Part shown: positions 1 to 8,761 of the stretch, one piece after another
How the letters are laid out: every line of letters starts with the position of its first letter
How positions within the stretch are numbered: position 1 is the first letter of the stretch
Source: Chitinivibrionales bacterium
GTDB lineage: Bacteria; Fibrobacterota; Chitinivibrionia; Chitinivibrionales; WJKA01
Direction: 5' to 3'
Assembly: GCA_038247415.1 (NCBI GenBank)
Contig: JBBRUX010000003.1
Location: 74,013 to 138,012 of the forward strand
DNA length: 64,000 bases
Position numbers and translations under genes: made by a program
Notes under the pieces: model-generated
Seen by the model: only the letters and a program-made list of their open reading frames with translations
The model's database searches: none
What the model was told of the DNA's origin: nothing

Positions 1-2
1 TG

Positions 3-488
3 TCGGTTGTACTTGACCTTATGGTACATGATATACATCTGGTATTACGATTTTGCAAGGAATTGCCCGACCCCGAAAAAAGCCTCGCTACGGGTGTGGC
101 TATTGTTTCCAATGATATCGATATTGTGAATGCCCGTCTCATGTTTCCTTCAGGATGCGTTGCTAATATGACAGCGAGCAGAATATCCGCAAAAAAAATG
201 AGGAAGTTTCGAATGTTTCAAAAGAGCGGTTATTTTTCTGCCGATCTAGACAAAAGAGAAGTGGTCAGGTGCTGGCTAACTCAACCTTCGCAGCAGGAAT
301 CCGGACCTATCGGGATGTCTACGAGCATCGCGGAACCATCCGATGCGCTGAGTGCCGAGCAAGAGGCTTTTCTGTCGGCGATTTCGGGTGTTCCATCGGT
401 GCCCGGTTGTGGCGGAACAAGTGGTTCAGAAGCGCTCAATGTGCTGATTGTCTGCGAAATGATTTTAAATCAGATCCAAAAGCGGTAA
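3..488 (+). CDS. Gfo/Idh/MocA-family oxidoreductase, C-terminal part (runs off the left edge)
   Basis: Frame is open from position 3. SVVLDLMVHDI and VANMTASRIS..KMRKFR motifs are typical of the family's C-terminal domain. Confidence 0.8.
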   Translation, partial: SVVLDLMVHDIHLVLRFCKELPDPEKSLATGVAIVSNDIDIVNARLMFPSGCVANMTASRISAKKMRKFRMFQKSGYFSADLDKREVVRCWLTQPSQQESGPIGMSTSIAEPSDALSAEQEAFLSAISGVPSVPGCGGTSGSEALNVLIVCEMILNQIQKR

Positions 489-588
489 GAAAAGCAGCTT
501 GCATATTTTTATTAAGTTAGCGAGCTCTAAAACATGCCTTTTATTTTGTATTTTGGCTTAACGTATAATATTTTTCTTTTTGAAACAA

Positions 589-662
589 GCGCCAGTAGCT
601 CAGTTGGATAGAGCGTCGGCCTCCGAAGCCGAAGGTCGAGGGTTCGACTCCCCCCTGGCGTA
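589..662 (+). tRNA. tRNA-Arg(CCG)
   Basis: Cloverleaf with acceptor GCGCCAG/CTGGCGT, anticodon arm TCGGC-CT-CCG-AA-GCCGA and T-loop GGTTCGACTCC. CCA is not encoded. Confidence 0.95.
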
Positions 663-722
663 GATAATTCGCATTCTTTACTCATTGAAAACCATGGCAA
701 GGCCTTCACAAAGGGGGGTATT

Positions 723-2414
723 ATCCGATTCGAAACTAAAACTTCAGGGCTTTACGACGTTCTCACTCCAATTCAGGAAGATGGGGAAGTCTTTGATGCC
801 GCTCTTTTACGCGAGAATTTAAATGCTCTCTTGGCGCAAGGTCGACGCAATATTGCGATCGATTTATCACAACTTGAGTATATCTACTCCGACACGATGA
901 ATGCGCTCTTTGCACTTAATCGTCAAATCCTTGATGTGAACGGTCGACTGGCACTTCTTGGACCATCAAAAGATGTTGCTCAGATTTTGCAAAGTGCTGG
1001 TATCTATAACTTTCTTAAGGTATACGATACCGAAAGCGAATTGCTTAAGAGCTCCGATGATATCATTGTGCAAACCTCTAGCTACAATCTGTCGTCTATT
1101 CGAACCATGCAAGCCGAATCGGTCGAACCTGCAGTGCGTGGTGATTCAGACTTCGAAGATTTCAGGTCGGGCATTGCCGATGCATTCGATACCGCACCTG
1201 CTCAACCTTCGCGTCCTAAGCAACCACCATCGCCTGCGCCTGAGCCTCCTCGCATGAGGGCACCTCAGAAGCCTGCGGCTCCAGTTGCTGAACCAGTTTT
1301 TGATCTAGGTGACGAAAGTGAAGCTTTTGTTTCTCGACCACAAGCTCAAAAAGCGCCAACAAATAAGGCACCTCAAGGTATGCCTAAAGGTTCTCGCCCT
1401 GTAGAGCAACCATCGTTTGGGCAAGAATCTTTTGACGAACCCGCATTTAAGCCATCTAAAAAGCCAGAGCCCGCTGTTGCACCTAAAGCTTCCAAAAATG
1501 TCGACCGATGGGAAGAAGAAATTGCAGAAAGCAAGTCATCTAAAAAATCTGCAATGCCTGTTGTTATAGGTGTTGCGGTATTTGTGCTGCTTGCCGCTGC
1601 TGCAATTATCATTGTACCAGGCTATATGGAATCCAATAAAAATAAAGATGTTTCTGCTGCTCCCGAAGCTGCAAAAATTCCGCAAGTTGCATCGGTGCCG
1701 GCTGCTGAGCCAAGCCCAGCTGCTCCTGAAGCGGTTGCCCCTGCTACCCAGCCAGCTCAAGTTGCACAAAGGCAAGCAGAATCAGCTCCAGTTCCACGCG
1801 ATGCTGCGCAAAAACCGGTTGCAGAAAAACCCAGAGCTACCTATGCTCCTGTCGCTTCTGCGCCGCCTCCAGCTGCACCATCTGCAGTTAACAAATTAGT
1901 AGTTCAATCAATTCCCTCTGGAGCTCGGGTAATTCTCAATAATAATCCTCGTGGAGAAACCCCTCTTGAGATCGATAATCCACCCAAGGCAAAATATCGT
2001 CTTATTGTAAGTAAAGATGGTTTTACTACTAAGGTCATGAGTATCGAGTTTAGGGGTGGCTACCAGGAAGAAAATGTTGAACTTGCAATGGCAAATGAAC
2101 CTGCTCCAGAACCTGCTGCAGCACCATATTCTCCACCACCTCCACCTCCGCCACCACCGGCTCCTGTTGCAGCACCTGCACCTGCGGCCTCATCCGCACC
2201 ATCGGGAGATCCTGCTACTATATTTATTAGCTCGATTCCGCCTGTTGCAGATGTATATCTTGACGGAAGGCTCATTGGTAAAACTAATATAACAAAGCTT
2301 AATGTCTTTACAGGTACGCATACGATGCGCTTTTCAAAAAATGGCAAAGAAGTAACCAAAGATATGACATTTAGTGGTGGAGAGAACCCTTCTGTAATGG
2401 TTAAGATACAATAA
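723..2414 (+). CDS. Membrane protein: N-terminal STAS domain, Pro/Ala-rich linker, one TM helix, two C-terminal PEGA domains
   Basis: IAIDLSQLEYIYSD...RLALLGPSKDVAQILQSAGI is STAS-like; VQSIPSGARV and ISSIPPVADVYLDG are PEGA motifs. The ORF track starts at TTG 831, but the frame is open and STAS-like from ATT/ATC at 720-723 after AAGGGGGG, so the start is uncertain. Confidence 0.75.
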   Translation: MRFETKTSGLYDVLTPIQEDGEVFDAALLRENLNALLAQGRRNIAIDLSQLEYIYSDTMNALFALNRQILDVNGRLALLGPSKDVAQILQSAGIYNFLKVYDTESELLKSSDDIIVQTSSYNLSSIRTMQAESVEPAVRGDSDFEDFRSGIADAFDTAPAQPSRPKQPPSPAPEPPRMRAPQKPAAPVAEPVFDLGDESEAFVSRPQAQKAPTNKAPQGMPKGSRPVEQPSFGQESFDEPAFKPSKKPEPAVAPKASKNVDRWEEEIAESKSSKKSAMPVVIGVAVFVLLAAAAIIIVPGYMESNKNKDVSAAPEAAKIPQVASVPAAEPSPAAPEAVAPATQPAQVAQRQAESAPVPRDAAQKPVAEKPRATYAPVASAPPPAAPSAVNKLVVQSIPSGARVILNNNPRGETPLEIDNPPKAKYRLIVSKDGFTTKVMSIEFRGGYQEENVELAMANEPAPEPAAAPYSPPPPPPPPPAPVAAPAPAASSAPSGDPATIFISSIPPVADVYLDGRLIGKTNITKLNVFTGTHTMRFSKNGKEVTKDMTFSGGENPSVMVKIQ

Positions 2415-2424
2415 TATTTTTATT

Positions 2425-3747
2425 GTGCAATCTATGAAAGATCGTTTTTTTGATGATGAAAAAGCCCCTTCAGAGAGGGGCTTTTTTCATGTTCGGCCTT
2501 CACTCTGGCTGATAGGCTTTGTACTTGCGGGGCTTGGGCTCTGTATATGGCTGGGATCGAGAACAGTACACCATGCTGCTCCTGAGGTTGTGCAAACTCA
2601 GGTCGTAAGCTTTGTTCCAAAGCTTATTGGTCATGTTGTTAAGCCTGGCGATACGTTTGCGGGCATACTTGCGCTCTATGGAGTTCCTCCCGACAAGTCA
2701 AACAAACTTTATTCCTCGCTTATGTCAACTGGTTTTTCGTGTCTGTTTCCCGGCGATTCTCTTGTTCTTGCAATGACAGAAGAAGGCTCCTTGCTCGAAT
2801 GCAACATTTTGTCGGGGCTATCGTATTGGTATCGGATGAAAATTGGCGGTCAGGGAATTAATGCCGAAAAAACAAAGCTTCCAATTACTGTCCAGCAGTG
2901 TGTAATTTGGGGAGAGCTATCAAGCTCACTCTCGGAGGCGCTTAATGCGCTTGGTGTTGGCGATGCGGTTGTTTCACAATTTGCAGATATCTTTGCGTGG
3001 GATATCAATTTCTTTATGGATCCACAGCGGGGAGACCGGTTTCGTGTTGTGGTGGAGCGCCTCTATGCTGGCGATCGGTTTGTAGGGTATGGGACAATTC
3101 TCGCTGCATCATATTGCAACCAGGGAAAAACGTTTACCGCTTTTGGTGTTACCGATACAACCGGCAAGATTCGCTATTACGATGAATCTGGAAAATCGCT
3201 CGAAAAGGAATTTCTAAAAGCACCCTTGCGGTACAATAGAATATCTTCGCTTTTCACCCTGCATAGAAAACACCCAGTTCTTGGAATTGTTCGACCCCAT
3301 TTGGGTATCGATTATGCTGCACCAACCGGTACCCCTGTGTATGCAGCTGCAGACGGGTTGGTAGTTTTCTCTGGCGTAAAGGGTGGCTTTGGTCGGTATA
3401 TTGTAATTCGGCATGGAGCTGCCTACGAAACAAGTTATGGTCATTTGAATAGTATCGCCAAAGGCGTTGGCGCTGGCAAGCGTGTTATTCAGGGTAGTTG
3501 TATTGGCGCAGTGGGAAGTAGTGGGCTCTCGACGGGGCCGCATCTGGATTACCGTATGCAGAAAAATGGGCACTTTGTTAATCCACTTACAATCAGTGCC
3601 CCGTCTAAAGAGGGTATTGATGTCGCGCATAGTGCGGTATTTTCGGTAACCCGAGATCAATGGCTCGATGTTTTTAATTTGCGATATGGGGCAGAACCTG
3701 GTTGTTATCTTTTTAATGTATATACGCAAGTTGCATCTTGTAAATAG
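2425..3747 (+). CDS. M23-family peptidoglycan DD-endopeptidase (MepM-like)
   Basis: N-terminal TM, LysM-like HVVKPGDTF, FAWDINF..DPQRGDRF, and catalytic-region motifs HLGID, YGHL, STGPHLDY. Confidence 0.9.
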   Translation: MQSMKDRFFDDEKAPSERGFFHVRPSLWLIGFVLAGLGLCIWLGSRTVHHAAPEVVQTQVVSFVPKLIGHVVKPGDTFAGILALYGVPPDKSNKLYSSLMSTGFSCLFPGDSLVLAMTEEGSLLECNILSGLSYWYRMKIGGQGINAEKTKLPITVQQCVIWGELSSSLSEALNALGVGDAVVSQFADIFAWDINFFMDPQRGDRFRVVVERLYAGDRFVGYGTILAASYCNQGKTFTAFGVTDTTGKIRYYDESGKSLEKEFLKAPLRYNRISSLFTLHRKHPVLGIVRPHLGIDYAAPTGTPVYAAADGLVVFSGVKGGFGRYIVIRHGAAYETSYGHLNSIAKGVGAGKRVIQGSCIGAVGSSGLSTGPHLDYRMQKNGHFVNPLTISAPSKEGIDVAHSAVFSVTRDQWLDVFNLRYGAEPGCYLFNVYTQVASCK

Positions 3748-3785
3748 TACCGATTCGATCGTTTCGAATGTAAGGTGGTTAAGGA

Positions 3786-4205
3786 ATGAATATGCAGCAC
3801 GATATGATCTACGAAAAGGTTACGCGCGATCTGATTGAAAGTGGCAAAGAAGTTCGGTATAAAGCGCAGGCCTATGGTTTTGTCATGGGCGGGCTTGAGT
3901 TTCAAATTGGAAGAATTGGTATCAAGCGTCATTTGACAGGGCAGGAACTTTCGATTGGACTTGCAGATTATGCAGGGATTCAATTCGGACCTTTGGCATG
4001 CTGCGTATTGTCTTTTTGGGGTATTCATGGAAGCCATGATTTCGGGCATATCGTCTATGCGATGATCGATATTGGCCTCATGAGTCGCAAAGAAGAAGAT
4101 CAACTTCAAGACTTTTTTGATGCAATAGACCTAGGGGTATATTTAAATAACCAGAATTTCTATACTATCGATGCATCTGCTATAAAAAGAATACGCGGAT
4201 CTTGA
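3786..4205 (+). CDS. Minf_1886-like (TIGR04138-type) conserved hypothetical protein
   Basis: AYGFVMGGL...RHLTGQEL...QFGPLA..VL..WGI....DFG.IVY.MI..GLM......DF pattern. Confidence 0.75.
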   Translation: MNMQHDMIYEKVTRDLIESGKEVRYKAQAYGFVMGGLEFQIGRIGIKRHLTGQELSIGLADYAGIQFGPLACCVLSFWGIHGSHDFGHIVYAMIDIGLMSRKEEDQLQDFFDAIDLGVYLNNQNFYTIDASAIKRIRGS

Positions 4206-4229
4206 AAATCGGGTGCCCCGCAATATATT
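4202..4229 (+). promoter_or_regulatory. Putative sigma70-type promoter of tRNA-Phe
   Basis: TTGAAA-N16-TATATT about 30 nt upstream of the tRNA. Confidence 0.5.
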
Positions 4230-4258
4230 TTTTAACGTCTTTTAAAAAGAATCTAAAT

Positions 4259-4331
4259 GCCGCTTTAGCTCAGTCGGTAGAGCAAGGGACTGAAAATCCC
4301 TGTGTCCACAGTTCGATTCTGTGAGGCGGCA
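4259..4331 (+). tRNA. tRNA-Phe(GAA)
   Basis: Acceptor GCCGCTT/GAGGCGGC, anticodon arm AGGGA-CT-GAA-AA-TCCCT, T-loop GTTCGATTC. Confidence 0.95.
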
Positions 4332-4340
4332 TTTTAATAC

Positions 4341-4380
4341 AAGGGCTTGTAGATAAAATTATCTGCAAGCCCTTTTTTTT
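4341..4380 (+). terminator. Rho-independent terminator after tRNA-Phe
   Basis: AAGGGCTTGTAGATAA / TTATCTGCAAGCCCTT hairpin followed by a T run. Confidence 0.8.
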
Positions 4381-4390
4381 ATGGATAAAC

Positions 4391-4467
4391 TAAGAATAAA
4401 CTAAGAATAAAATAAGAATAAAATAAGAATAAAATAAGAATAAAATAAGAATAAAATAAGAATAGAT
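4391..4467. repeat. 11-bp tandem repeat (TAAGAATAAAA), about 7 copies
   Basis: Read directly: five identical units, first unit ending in C, last unit degenerate. Confidence 0.9.
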
Positions 4468-4476
4468 ACATAAGAT

Positions 4477-4840
4477 TGTGGGCATTCCAGCTTCGCTGTC
4501 GGGCCTCACCTCTTTAGGCGCCCAAAGGAAGTACCCTTGGAGTATTTTCCGATGCGGCTCCTCCTACGCTCTGGCTTAGCCAGCCGGTCTTTCATGCCAT
4601 GCGGCACAAGGTGCCTGAGGCATTCAAGAATGAAAGATTCACTCCGTTTTGCTTTCATTCTCCAGTCCTGGCTAATGATCTTGACATGCGTGTGCTTTTG
4701 TGTTCACACCTTTCCGTCAACGGATAGGGGTACGGGGTGAGGCTCAAATGTAAATAAATCCCACAGTTATTTTTCGGAAAAAATCCGTTGACTTACGCGT
4801 TAAACAGGACTGGAAGGTGGCACCAAAGGCGAATGCCCGC
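4477..4840 (+). other. Long nested stem-loop non-coding element (structured RNA or MITE/REP-like)
   Basis: Nested complementary pairs: TGTGGG/CCCACA, GGGCCTCACCTC/GGGGTGAGGCTC, GTACCCTT/AGGGGTAC, TTAGCCAG/CTGGCTAA, TCTTTCAT/ATGAAAGA. Several G-U pairs form on the + strand. Confidence 0.55.
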
Positions 4841-5055
4841 GCTTGTAAGGAGAGCCGACGGTGGCAACCGTGGCGTCCAGATTCTGGATTTAGAAGATCT
4901 TTATTAGGGTTAAAGTGCAAAAAACTCTATAAATCAAGTATATTAATTACCTCTCTCCTCGATTAAAGCATTCTTGGAATACTAAGAGACCACAATCGAG
5001 TAGACCATACTCAGACTTTAAATATTTAAAAATAGCGAAAGGATTCTTTTTATTT

Positions 5056-6111
5056 ATGGCACGATTAAAAACGATTTATTGGAATAATAATACACTTCGC
5101 ATGATTGATCAGACCTTGCTGCCAACAACGCTCGTATCTGTGGATATTACCGATGTTAAAGATGTGTACAACGCAATTAAAACACTCATGGTTCGCGGAG
5201 CGCCGGCAATTGGAATCGCTGGTGCATATGGGACGTATCTGGGTGTTGCCCATTTGCCAGAGTCTATAGACAAGGATACTTTTTTTGATGTTTTGACAAA
5301 AAATGCAGATTATTTAAATTCGTCTCGGCCTACTGCCGTGAACCTTTCGTGGGCCATTAACCGAATGGTGCGCTGTGCCAAAACATTGGTTGCCGAACCA
5401 GTACAGAAAATTAAAGATGCGCTCCTCGCAGAAGCCCATGCCATTTACGAACTCGATTTAAAAACGTGCCGCGCAATTGGTGAGTATGGCTACGAAGAGC
5501 TTAAAGGCTTTACTACCTTGTTGACACATTGTAATGCGGGCGGCTTGGCAACATCCGAGTACGGAACTGCGCTGGCACCCATTTACATTGGGGCAGAAAA
5601 AGGAAAGAAATTTAGTGTTTTTTCCGATGAAACGCGGCCGCTTTTACAAGGATCTCGCATAACGGCATTTGAGCTTGCGCAAGCAGGCATAGATGTAACG
5701 GTTATTTGCGATAATATGGCAGCCTATGCAATGTCGCTTGGAAAAATAGATGCCGTTATTGTTGGTGCCGATCGTATTACTCGCAATGGCGATGTAGCAA
5801 ATAAGATTGGGACCTATAGTGTCGCCCTTGTTGCTAAAGCCCATACTATCCCTTTTTATGTAGCTGCGCCCTTGTCTACGTTTGATGCAGTCATGAAAAC
5901 AGGCAAGGAAATTCCTATCGAAGAACGGGCTGCAGAAGAAATAACCCATGGGTTTGGCAAACGAACTGCTCCCGAAAATGTCAAGACTTTTAATCCTGCT
6001 TTTGATGTAACTCCGGGTACTCTGGTAACGGCTTTTATTACCGAAAAAGGTATTATTCGCCCTCCGTTTACCACGTCGCTGCCAGCACTTCTCGATGCAC
6101 CTCATGCCTAA
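5056..6111 (+). CDS. mtnA: S-methyl-5-thioribose-1-phosphate isomerase
   Basis: VRGAPAIG, SRPTAVNL, LTHCNAGGLAT, ETRPLLQGSR, GDVANKIGTY, NPAFDVTP. Confidence 0.95.
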   Translation: MARLKTIYWNNNTLRMIDQTLLPTTLVSVDITDVKDVYNAIKTLMVRGAPAIGIAGAYGTYLGVAHLPESIDKDTFFDVLTKNADYLNSSRPTAVNLSWAINRMVRCAKTLVAEPVQKIKDALLAEAHAIYELDLKTCRAIGEYGYEELKGFTTLLTHCNAGGLATSEYGTALAPIYIGAEKGKKFSVFSDETRPLLQGSRITAFELAQAGIDVTVICDNMAAYAMSLGKIDAVIVGADRITRNGDVANKIGTYSVALVAKAHTIPFYVAAPLSTFDAVMKTGKEIPIEERAAEEITHGFGKRTAPENVKTFNPAFDVTPGTLVTAFITEKGIIRPPFTTSLPALLDAPHA

Positions 6112-6116
6112 AAACA

Positions 6117-6152
6117 AAGCGGCCCGTGTACGCTACGGTACACGGGCCGCTT
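6117..6152. terminator. Hairpin terminator between convergent genes
   Basis: AAGCGGCCCGTGTAC-gctacg-GTACACGGGCCGCTT, a perfect 15-bp stem. Confidence 0.75.
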
Positions 6153-6186
6153 AAAAAATCCCCTCACGATATGCAGTAGTAAACTA

Positions 6187-7257
6187 TTAGTAAATAACAG
6201 GGACCGTGTTTAACCGTAAAGCCTTTTTGGCAACTGCAAGAATTTCTGCTTTTGTTCCTGCATAAGCATCGATGGTATGAGTTGCTTTACTTATTGTTGT
6301 TTGGTCTTTTTCTATTCCTTTCACAAGCTGTAGTTCTATTTCTCCAAAAAGCAAATGTTCACCAGATGGTGCGGGGCCTGCATTATAAGATTGTATACCA
6401 CCTTTTGGGCCATCGGGGTTACCCTTGGCTGGATCTACGCATTCTTCTTGCGACCGGGGCATGTCATTGGTGGATTTAATAACACAAAACCAGGTGTCGG
6501 AATCTGGATAGGCAGACACATACACAGCTTTTACAGGATTGTCAAAACACATATCTTCTGGACGAATTGCAAGTTTGTAAATATCCTGAGCATCTATTTT
6601 ATACCGCGCGTAGCCAGCTTCTACACTCACTCGATCTGCAGGGATTGGGGTAAAGTAGCTGAGCACCGATGCGTTTGGTTTAATAGGAAACAGTGCTGTT
6701 CCAGGGGATGATAGACCATTTGTAAAGACCATTGCGAGCGACCATGCGCACATATCGATGTGTGTAACTCCAATTACCATAGTGTCAGTAATGGTTGTAC
6801 CGGCGTGTGCTAATCCTGTAGAAAAGGGATCGGTCTCATGAATTTTAAATATTCTTTCGGCACTGCACCCTTCGTACGATTCATTCATGACACAGTCGAA
6901 TGCTGCAAAGTTGCTCTGGTACTGTAAAGATCCTATGGTGGTATAATGTCCTGGATCCATTTCTGATGGTGTAAACCAACCTTCGAAGTCGCGAGGGTTA
7001 TCGTAGTAGAATGTTCGCTCGGGAGAGAGCCAAAGCCGCTCTCCGCCGATAGCCCATAGTTTTGATGCCATTACTTCATCGAGATTAGCGGGATTCCATA
7101 AAACATTGGGGAGATCTCGTCGGGGAAAAAGGCCGAGAAGTCGCGCCCCATATTCTGTAAAAAGCAAAGCCCCTTGAGACGACTCAACCATTGTGGTGGG
7201 TGAAAATTTTGTGGTAATTGCTTGAAGCTCTTTACAAAAAAACGATGGATTAGACAT
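6187..7257 (-). CDS. Conserved hypothetical protein, DUF6786-like (possible galactose-mutarotase-like fold)
   Basis: YGARLLGL, GGERLWLSPE..FY, W.TP..MDPG, IQSYN.GP....FGEIE motifs. SD AAGGAG upstream. Confidence 0.55.
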   Translation of the reverse strand: MSNPSFFCKELQAITTKFSPTTMVESSQGALLFTEYGARLLGLFPRRDLPNVLWNPANLDEVMASKLWAIGGERLWLSPERTFYYDNPRDFEGWFTPSEMDPGHYTTIGSLQYQSNFAAFDCVMNESYEGCSAERIFKIHETDPFSTGLAHAGTTITDTMVIGVTHIDMCAWSLAMVFTNGLSSPGTALFPIKPNASVLSYFTPIPADRVSVEAGYARYKIDAQDIYKLAIRPEDMCFDNPVKAVYVSAYPDSDTWFCVIKSTNDMPRSQEECVDPAKGNPDGPKGGIQSYNAGPAPSGEHLLFGEIELQLVKGIEKDQTTISKATHTIDAYAGTKAEILAVAKKALRLNTVPVIY

Positions 7258-7396
7258 AGTGTATACTCCTTGAACGGTCTCGATAGGTTGTGGTGAAAAG
7301 AAAAGTGGGACCCTTTAAAATATAATGGTGCTCGAAAAAAAATGCATACATCATAATTTTAATCTGAGTGCAGAGATTCTTAGGTTTCTATAAAAT

Positions 7397-8761
7397 TTAT
7401 GGGAAAGCGTCTTCATCGGATCCTTCTACCAGAATGCCGTGGGTATTCATACGAGAATAGAGCGCACGGCGAGAAATTCCCAATAACGAGGCCGCTTTTG
7501 TTTTATTTCCCGATGCCTTTTCTAACGCCTGCATAATTAAACTTTTTTCAACTTCGTCAAGAGATACACCATCATCGGGGAGCAGAAAAGATCCTGCAAA
7601 CGCATTGGTTTTGGCAATAGTAATATGAGTTGGAAGATGCTGCGGCAAGATTTGTTCGTTATTTGAAACGATAACACTGCGTTCGATACAATTTTCAAGT
7701 TCTCGAATATTACCTGGCCAGGTATACGCCAAGAGTATATCGAGAGTTTTTTTTGCAATGCCCCCAGTATGATGAAATTTGAGGAGAAACGAGTCTGCCA
7801 GGAGCGGGATATCTTCTCTGCGTTGTGCGAGGGAGGGGATAAGAATGGGAAATATGTTGAGCCGATAGTACAAATCTTCGCGAAACGTACCATCTTTAAC
7901 TGCTGCTTCGAGATCTTTGTTGGTAGCTGCAATAACGCGCGCTGTGGTTTTGATACATTGGGTGGCCCCAACTCGCGTGAATTCCTTTTCTTGAAGAACA
8001 CGCAAAAGCTTGACTTGGAGAGATTGTGAAATATCGCCAATTTCGTCGAGAAATACGGTGCCCGATCCTGCTTGTTCAAAAAGCCCAAGCCGTTTATCGA
8101 TTGCACCCGTAAATGAACCTTTTTCGTGACCAAACAATTCCGATTCGAGCAAGTTTTCGGGCAAGGCCCCGCAGTTTATGGCAATAAATCCCTTGCGCCC
8201 GCTTTCGGCATGGACGCCACGGGCAACAAGTTCTTTTCCGGTTCCGCTTCTTCCCCGTACAAGCACCGTCGTTTCACGGGATGCAACACTTTTAATGGCT
8301 GCAATAACCTCGTGAATTGCTCGCGATTCACCAATAATGCCCTTAAGTGTTTGATAGGAGTCAACATCTTTTTGTAAACGCTCAAGCTCAAGAGACTTAG
8401 TGGTATCAGCCAGAGCGCGTTCAATGAGCATGAGCATTTCTTCCATCTCAAATGGCTTTGCAATATAGCGCAGAGCTCCCCGTTTCATTGCCTCTATGCC
8501 TGTTTTGGCATCTGCAAAGGCAGTCATGACGATAACGGGAATGGCAGGATAGAGTTGCTTAATGTGCGTGAGAAGCTCAATGCCGGTCATGCCATCCATG
8601 CGTATGTCCGAGAGCACGAGGTCGACAGGAGACGCTTTAAGAATGGTCAGTGCTTCTTCTCCCGAGCAGGCTTCGCTAATCTGGTAGTTCCCCGAAAAGA
8701 GGGCCATGGCAAGCAATGCCCGAATTTTTCCCTCGTCGTCAACAATCAGGATGTGTGCCAT
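7397..8761 (-). CDS. Sigma54-dependent response regulator (NtrC/ZraR family)
   Basis: Receiver domain ([17 protein letters not shown]), AAA+ domain ([38 protein letters not shown]), Fis-type HTH. Confidence 0.95.
   Translation of the reverse strand: MAHILIVDDEGKIRALLAMALFSGNYQISEACSGEEALTILKASPVDLVLSDIRMDGMTGIELLTHIKQLYPAIPVIVMTAFADAKTGIEAMKRGALRYIAKPFEMEEMLMLIERALADTTKSLELERLQKDVDSYQTLKGIIGESRAIHEVIAAIKSVASRETTVLVRGRSGTGKELVARGVHAESGRKGFIAINCGALPENLLESELFGHEKGSFTGAIDKRLGLFEQAGSGTVFLDEIGDISQSLQVKLLRVLQEKEFTRVGATQCIKTTARVIAATNKDLEAAVKDGTFREDLYYRLNIFPILIPSLAQRREDIPLLADSFLLKFHHTGGIAKKTLDILLAYTWPGNIRELENCIERSVIVSNNEQILPQHLPTHITIAKTNAFAGSFLLPDDGVSLDEVEKSLIMQALEKASGNKTKAASLLGISRRALYSRMNTHGILVEGSDEDAFP

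Noticed and set aside
527..709. Short ORFs over tRNAs (527..709, 43247..43489, 43254..43478) and the many antisense or alternate-frame ORFs inside long genes
   Set aside because: They are shadows of tRNAs or of well-supported CDSs and have no recognisable motifs.
2100..2210. CCA/CCT/CCG-rich repeat
   Set aside because: It simply encodes the polyproline linker of the STAS-PEGA protein.
3530..3560. M23 motif HLD instead of HxH as a sign of inactivation
   Set aside because: GPHLD(Y/F) is a variant I recall as common in this subfamily, and the other ligands are intact.
4391..4467. Tandem repeat as a CRISPR array
   Set aside because: The 11-bp units are contiguous with no spacers, and there are no cas genes in the window.
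4537..4740. 67-aa ORF inside the structured element
   Set aside because: TTG start, no convincing protein features; the sequence is better explained by base-pairing constraints.
4790..4905. SAM-I or SAH riboswitch upstream of mtnA (contains GGCAACC and a later AGAT)
   Set aside because: The ATC-AGAG P1 start, the kink-turn/GAGGGA and the GGTGC...TCC elements are not found in the right order.
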